Assembly (NCBI GenBank): GCA_003222135.1
Contig: QHUM01000046.1
Coordinates: 1,664-65,663, forward strand
Origin: Gemmatimonadota bacterium
GTDB lineage: Bacteria; Gemmatimonadota; Gemmatimonadetes; Gemmatimonadales; GWC2-71-9
Length of the DNA stretch: 64,000 nt
Reading direction: 5' to 3'
The position numbers and the translations under genes were made by a program. Shown one piece after another: positions 58,936 to 64,000 of this stretch. The notes below the pieces were generated by a model. It ran no database searches, had not been told where the DNA came from, and worked only from the letters and a program-made list of their open reading frames with translations. Numbering within the stretch: the first letter of the stretch is position 1; every line of letters starts with the position of its first letter.

Positions 58936-61900
58936 TCACGCCTTCTCCACGTTGCAGACGAACGCCTTGCCTTCGTGGATCGACACGTTGGGATCTCCGA
59001 CCCAGGAGGTCAGATCGTTGACCACGTCCCCCGTGGAGAGCCCCATCCAGCCCCAGTGCCACGGCATGCCGACGTGATGGATACGCTTGCCGGCGATCTG
59101 CATCACGCCGATGCGATCGGTGACCAGTGCTTTCGCGCGGATGCGGCCGCGTGGGCTCGACACCACGACCCAGTCGAGATTCCTGATCCCCTTCTCCTTG
59201 GCCAGGTCCTTGCCGAGCTCGATGAAAAGCTCGGGCTGGAGCTCGGCGAGCCACGGCAGCCACCGGCTCATCGCGCCGGCCAGGTAATGCTCCGTGAGCC
59301 GGTACGTGCTGATGACGTACGGGAACTTCGGGTCGCCCACCGCCGCGAGCTGGTTGTACGGCTTGCCCGGCGCCCAGACCTTGTGCACCGGGCTGGTCTG
59401 CTGCTTGTACAGCGGGTTGTGGATCGGCGACTCGTGTGGCTCGTAATGCGTCGGCAGCGGCCCGTCGACGAGGCCCGCCGGCACGAACAGCCAGCCCTTA
59501 CCGTCCGCTCTCATAATGAACGGCTGAGTGCCGGAGAGCGCGTCGAGGCCGATGCCGTCGGGCTTGGGCTGCGCATCCGGCGCCTTGGTCGCCGCGAAGT
59601 CGGGCACGTCGTAGCCGACCCACTTGCCGCGCGGCACGGGCTTGGCGGTCTTGGGATCGGGCGGGTTTACGAACGTCGGGTCCCACCAGATCCAGCGCTT
59701 GCGCTCGCTCCACGGATTGCCCTTCAGGTCGGCGGAGGCGCGGTTGTACATGACGCGGCGGTTGGCGGGCCACGCCCAACCCCACTTCAAGTGCGCCCCC
59801 GGCACGCCCGGCGGATCGGCCTCGCGCCGCGCCGTGAGGTTCTGATCCCAGGCCGGGAAGCAGCCGCAGTAGATCCACGACGCGCACGTCGTCGAGCCGT
59901 CGTCCTTCAGCTCGCCGAACCCCTTGAGGTGCTGCTTCGCGTCGGCCGTCTGATACCCGTTGATCTCCCGCAGCACCTTGCGTGCGCTGATCTCTCCGGG
60001 GTACAGCGGCTCCTCACCCGCATCGGGGTCGAAGTCCCAGCTCAGGTTGTTCCAGCCCTGGTCGCGCGGCAGCTTCGAATCCGCGTACGCCTTCTTGAGC
60101 CGCTTGGCCAGGTTGTGGTAGAACCAGCTGTCGGTGCGGCAGTCCCCCGGCGCCTTGGCGGCGAAGGAATGCCACTGCAGCATCCGCTGCGTGTTCGTGA
60201 AGCTGCCGTCGTACTCCGCGATCTGGGTCGAGGGGAAGAAAAAGATCTCGGTCTTGATGTCCTCGATCTTCACCTCGCCGTTCTTGACCTCGGGGCCGAG
60301 ATACCAGTGCGTGGCGGTCTCGGTGAGCCAGTTGTCCTTCACCACCAGCCACTCGAGCTCGCGCATCGCCCGCCGGGTCGCCCCGCCGTTGAGCGTCGTC
60401 GCGGGGTTCTGGCCGACACAGCACATCCCCTTGACCTTCCCGTCGGCCATGGCGGCAAAGCTGGCCATGTGGGAGTGGTCGCCCAGGATCTTCGGATGCC
60501 AGTCGTAGCCGAAATCGTTCTCCGCCGTCGCGGCGGCGCCGTACATCGATTTCAAGTACGACACGAGGAACTTGGGCAGGTTGCCGTAATAGCTCGTGGG
60601 GCTGGTCTCGGCCGCCATGTAGTCCCGCAGCGTCTCGTGCGGCCGGAGCGCCGAGGGGGCGTTCAGGTATCCGTGGATACTGTGGTACAAGGTCGGCACA
60701 TCGGTCGAGCCCTGGATCGCCGCGTGGCCGCGCAGCGCCATCACGCCGGCGCCCGGTCGGCCGATGTTGCCGAGCAACAGCTGGAGCAGCGCGCAGCAGC
60801 TGATCATCTGGACGCCGTAGGTGTGCTGGGTCCAGGCCACCGCGTAGGCGAACGCGCTCGTGCGGTCGCGCCCCGAATTCTCGAGCAACATCTCCGCGAC
60901 CTTGATGAACTTCTCCTTGGGCGAGCCGCACACCTGCTCCACCATCTCCGGCGTATAGCGGGCGAAGTGCCGCTTCAGGATCTGGAACACGCAGTGCGGG
61001 TTCTGGAGCGTCGGGTCCTTTTCGGCGGGCCCGGGCTTGAGGGACCGCACCAGGTCGTCGAACGGCGGGCCTGCGCGCTTGGCGATCAGATCCTTCGTGG
61101 CCGCCCCTGGCGCGACGCGGGCAAGCTCGCCGGGTGTTACCGCGCCGATCGGACCCGGTGGGGGCTTGGGTCCGCGCTTGTACGCCCACGTGGCGTTGTC
61201 GTAGCGACCCTCGAGCCCGTTGTACGGCCAGAACGCCGGCTCGGTGAACTTCACCATTCCCGAGAAGACGCCTTCCAGATCCTCGGTGTCCTTGAATTCG
61301 TCGACGATGATCGTCGCCGCATTGGTGTAGTTAACCGCGAACTCCTTGAAGAACGGGTCCGAGTTCCACCGCTTGCTGTTGATGACGTAATTGATCAGCC
61401 CGCCGAGGAACGCGATGTCCGAGCCGGCGCGGATCGGGACGTGCAGGTCCGCGACCGCGCTGGTGCGGGTGAAGCGGGGGTCGACGTGGATCAGCTTCGC
61501 CCCGTTCAGCTTCGCCTTCATGGGCCAGCGGAACGCCACCGGGTGACATTCCGCCATGTTCGAGCCCATGATGACGAAGCAGTCGGTGTGCTCGAGGTTG
61601 CGCGGATACAGGGTCGCCGCGCCACGACCGAACCGTGTCCCCAGACCGGGGACGCTAGAGCTGTGTCATATCCTGGCCTGATTCTCGATGGCGACGACCC
61701 CGAGCCCACGCCAGAACTTCTGGCATACGTGGTTGAACTCGTTGTCGAGCGTCGCGCCACCGAGCGCGAACATCGCGGGGCTCATGTTCACGAGCTTCCC
61801 GTTGGGGAGCTTCTCGATGAACGTCTCGTCGCGGGTTTTCTTGATGAGCTCGGCCACGCGGTCCATGGCCCACTCGAGCTCCACCACCTCCCAATCCCTG

Positions 61901-62241
61901 GCGCCCGGCTTGCGGTGCAGCACCTTGGTCGCCCGGTTGGGATTCATGTGGAGCTGGTAGATCGCAGCGCCCTTGGGGCAGAGGGTACCCTCATTGTGCG
62001 GGCTGCGCGGATCGCCTTCGATGTTCACGATCTTGCCGTCGACCGTGTGGATCAGGGTGGCGCACCCCACCGAGCAGAACGGGCAGATGCTCGGCGTCGT
62101 CTTGGCGTCCTTGATGCGCAGCTCCTGCGCGCGGGCCGTGGCCGGCGCCAGCGTCACGCCGAGTCCGACCAAGCCGCCGATGGCGGTTCCCGCCCCGGCG
62201 TTCGTAGTGAGCCGCAAGAAGTCACGCCGACTGACCTGCAT
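58936..62241 (-). CDS. fdnG: formate dehydrogenase alpha subunit, selenocysteine-containing (UGA at 61668-61666 read as Sec)
   Basis: Track ORFs 61666..62241 and 58936..61569 are in the same frame, separated by a single TGA. The Tat signal is RRDFLRL and the FeS motif is CPFCSVGC. IENQARI-U-HSSSVPGLGTRFGRGAAT aligns with E. coli FdnG NQARV-U-HGPTVASLAPTFGRGAMT. Confidence 0.9.
61637..61665 (-). promoter_or_regulatory. bacterial SECIS hairpin
   Basis: The mRNA reads UGA CAC AGC UCU AGC GUCCCC-GGUCU-GGGGAC. The GGUCUG loop starts 22 nt from the U of UGA. This is the same register as E. coli fdhF (UGACACGGCCCAUCGGUUGCAGGUCUGCAC). Confidence 0.75.
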
Positions 62242-62306
62242 AGAATCCTCCGCGCTGTGGAGTGGGTGGGATGCGCGAGGCGTCTAGCTGTCCGCTCGTG
62301 CCGGAT

Positions 62307-62335
62307 GATATAGGCGGGCCTTTCGGGGGGCGCAA
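62307..62335 (-). promoter_or_regulatory. sigma70-like promoter candidate for the formate dehydrogenase cluster
   Basis: On the minus strand: TTGCGC, a 17-nt spacer, then TATATC. It lies about 65 nt upstream of ATG 62241, which has GGAGGA. Confidence 0.3.
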
Positions 62336-62391
62336 CCCCCACTTCCTCCGGGTCTGGCGGCCTGCCCGGAGTTGCTCTAGAGTCTCGAGCC

Positions 62392-62955
62392 ATGCCGGAA
62401 TTGCCGAAGCTTACGCCTGAGCATTTCGAGATTCTCGTCGTGCGCGAGCTGCGCAAGGTCGGGCTCGACGTGTCCGAGCTGCGCGTCCATCGGCGCGCGA
62501 CCCTGCCGGAGCCCGAGCAGGGCTATCTCCTCGAGCTCAAAGGCGCGGTGCGCCGGGGGCCCTGGCGCCGGCGCGTCCTGATCGCCTGCCGGCGCCAGGA
62601 CGCGCCCGTGGGCCGGACCGAAGTGGAGTCGCTGCGCGGCCATCTCGGGGAGGCGGGCGTCGAGGCGGGAATCCTGTTCGCCACGGCGGCGTTCGATCGA
62701 GCGGCCCTCGCGGCCGCCCAGGACGCGAGGATAGCCCTGTTGCGGGTCACCGACGGGCGCACGGCGTTCGACACGAGCGGCTGGGGCCCCCCCGGTCACT
62801 ACCCCGCCTGGCTCCCCGCCTACTGCGCCCAGACCATCGCCCGCGACATCCTGGGGGAGCCGCGTTACCAGCTCTTGGAGAGCGGCCAAGGGGACGCGAT
62901 CGTGGAGCAGCTGCGGACGGAGACGATCGACCCGGGTGAGGCGCCGCGCGCCTAG
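62392..62955 (+). CDS. restriction-endonuclease-fold (Mrr_cat-like) protein
   Basis: FEILVVRELRKVGL ... GYLLELKG ... VGRTEVESLRGHL ... GILFATAAFDRAALAAA...IALL follows the Mrr catalytic-domain layout. 187 aa with no other domain. Confidence 0.55.
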   Translation: MPELPKLTPEHFEILVVRELRKVGLDVSELRVHRRATLPEPEQGYLLELKGAVRRGPWRRRVLIACRRQDAPVGRTEVESLRGHLGEAGVEAGILFATAAFDRAALAAAQDARIALLRVTDGRTAFDTSGWGPPGHYPAWLPAYCAQTIARDILGEPRYQLLESGQGDAIVEQLRTETIDPGEAPRA

Positions 62956-62971
62956 CGACAAAGGGGGGAGC

Positions 62972-63262
62972 ATGGCGGACGAGGGACGTCAGAAGGACGC
63001 GATGGACGTGCTGCAGGCGTGGGTCGATCAGTACAACGGCCGCGCTGGGCCGACGATTCGGCTCGGCTCGGCGGGCGAAGCCGGCGGGGCACAGCTGCGC
63101 CTGAAATACAGTCCGGCCGAGGGCCAGGTTTCGATCTTGCACTTGGTCGCCGTGAACCGGGACGGTCGCGCCGCGATCCTGGTGCGGCGGTTCGAGGGAC
63201 CCGCGGCGGAGGCTGCGGTCGAGGCGGGGATGTGGGCCAGCACTCAGCTCGGGCGCCGCTAG
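62972..63262 (+). CDS. hypothetical protein (96 aa)
   Basis: GGGGGGAG precedes ATG 62972. The composition is protein-like. No motif recognised. Confidence 0.4.
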   Translation: MADEGRQKDAMDVLQAWVDQYNGRAGPTIRLGSAGEAGGAQLRLKYSPAEGQVSILHLVAVNRDGRAAILVRRFEGPAAEAAVEAGMWASTQLGRR

Positions 63263-64000
63263 TCTCGATTCAGGAGCTTGGCTCCCTGGGCGGCGCCGTG
63301 AGCCAGGCCAAGGCGGTGAACAACCTGGGTCACGTCGCCGGCACGAGTCGCGACGGCTCCGGGCGGAGCCGGGCCTTCCTTTGGAAGGAGGCGGTCGGTA
63401 TCACCGATCTGAACCCGCTCACCGGCGTGAACGCCTCGGCCAACGATATCAACGCGATGGGCGACATCGTGGGCGGCGGGGACACCGGCTTCGGCGACTT
63501 CCACGCGTACTTCCTGTCCGAAGGCACGAGCTTCGATCTCGGCACGCTCGGCGGGAGCGAGAGCGAGGCGCTCGCCGTCAATCGGCTGGGACACGTCGTA
63601 GGACACAGCAGGGTCGCCGGCGGGCCGGCCAAGCGGGCTTTTCTCATGTCCGAGCCGGGCCGGCTGGTCGACCTTGGGACGTTGGGTGGAGCGACGAGCA
63701 TCGCGCATGACGTGAACGACCGCACTGAGGTCGTGGGCTTCGCGGAGACCACCGCGGGTCAGCCCCACGCCTTCCTGTGGACTGCGAGCGACGGCATGCG
63801 GGACCTCGGAACGTTGGGCGCCAGCGCCAGCATGGCGCTCGCGCTCAACAACCGCACGGCAATCGTGGGCGGGAGCGGGCGCGCGTTCATCTGGACCGAG
63901 CAGCTTGGCACCGTCGACCTGGGGACGCTCGGAGGGCGGACGAGCTGTGCCAGCGACATCAACGATGCCGGCTGCATCGTGGGCGTGAGCCAGACGGGCG
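63232..64000 (+). CDS. HAF-family extracellular-repeat protein, 5' part (runs off window end)
   Basis: This is an open frame not in the ORF track because it has no stop in the window. Repeats of about 45 aa read (H)AFLW...DLGTLGG..S.A..IN..G.IVG, e.g. RAFLWKEAVGITDL, PHAFLWTASDGMRDLGTLGA and RAFIWTEQLGTVDLGTLGG. The start is uncertain (in-frame GTG at 63232 or 63298) and no signal peptide is seen. Confidence 0.7.
   Translation, partial: MGQHSARAPLVSIQELGSLGGAVSQAKAVNNLGHVAGTSRDGSGRSRAFLWKEAVGITDLNPLTGVNASANDINAMGDIVGGGDTGFGDFHAYFLSEGTSFDLGTLGGSESEALAVNRLGHVVGHSRVAGGPAKRAFLMSEPGRLVDLGTLGGATSIAHDVNDRTEVVGFAETTAGQPHAFLWTASDGMRDLGTLGASASMALALNNRTAIVGGSGRAFIWTEQLGTVDLGTLGGRTSCASDINDAGCIVGVSQTG

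Noticed and set aside
60060-60080. tRNA T-arm-like string cttcgaatcc
   Set aside because: It lies in the middle of the fdnG coding sequence, has no acceptor or anticodon stems around it, and lacks the GG of GGTTCGAATCC.
58861-62313. 1150-aa plus-strand ORF
   Set aside because: It is antisense to the formate dehydrogenase alpha subunit and has no motifs.
1-64000. Mobile elements, prophage, integrons, rRNA/tRNA genes
   Set aside because: No transposase, integrase or recombinase-like ORF, no terminal inverted repeats flanking a gene block, and no tRNA/rRNA-like sequence was seen on either strand.

Overview
GC-rich bacterial chromosomal window, densely packed with about 60 protein genes. I saw no rRNA, tRNA, CRISPR array, transposase or integrase. 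bTHX, HAF repeats, BNR/sortilin proteins and porins suggest a Gemmatimonadota-like diderm; this is inference only. All CDS coordinates include the stop codon.

Gene order:
- 1-6.5 kb: NHEJ/repair block. A MerR-like fragment and ku sit head-to-head with ligD, which is followed on the same strand by an alpha/beta hydrolase, an EVE protein, ribosomal protein bTHX, a small secreted protein and dinB.
- 6.5-14.4 kb: ACT protein, HtrA protease, DUF4349, a membrane LAS/M15-like protein, a 1044-aa BNR/sortilin-repeat protein and a methyltransferase.
- 14.5-17.7 kb: amtB-glnK-porin.
- 17.7-21.6 kb: a TauE/SafE gene divergent from cysC-cysH-sat.
- 21.6-28 kb: cimA and a stand-alone gltB.
- 28-46 kb: PEP-mutase-family enzyme, DPP-IV, MFS transporter, TPR lipoprotein, an SBP-kinase-sigma54 regulator operon, VOC protein, aguA-aguB, a DUF805-SRPBCC protein, a beta-lactamase-family hydrolase and an OmpR-type two-component pair.
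- 46-47.3 kb: PEBP and a JAB-like lipoprotein.
- 47.3-62.2 kb: one about 15-kb minus-strand cluster. It begins with a selenocysteine formate dehydrogenase (Tat alpha subunit with in-frame UGA plus SECIS, FeS beta, NrfD-type membrane subunit, fdhE). It continues into a sugar-type ABC importer with an embedded porin and ends with two unknown membrane/periplasmic proteins.
- 62.4-64 kb: Mrr-like nuclease-fold protein, a small unknown, and a partial HAF-repeat protein.

Most interesting finding: the 516-bp tauE / cysC intergenic region holds a mirror-symmetric pair of back-to-back promoters. Each drives a near-leaderless short ORF with a dense run of cysteine codons (CRRCCPCC and CCPVCCC), followed by a strong intrinsic terminator just before a sulfur-metabolism gene. 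This looks like a twin ribosome-mediated cysteine attenuator.

Second: two in-frame palindromes built from GGGAGNC heptads (hairpin- and G-quadruplex-capable) sit inside ligD and inside an unrelated gene.

All structures were paired by eye. No folding or database search was possible.
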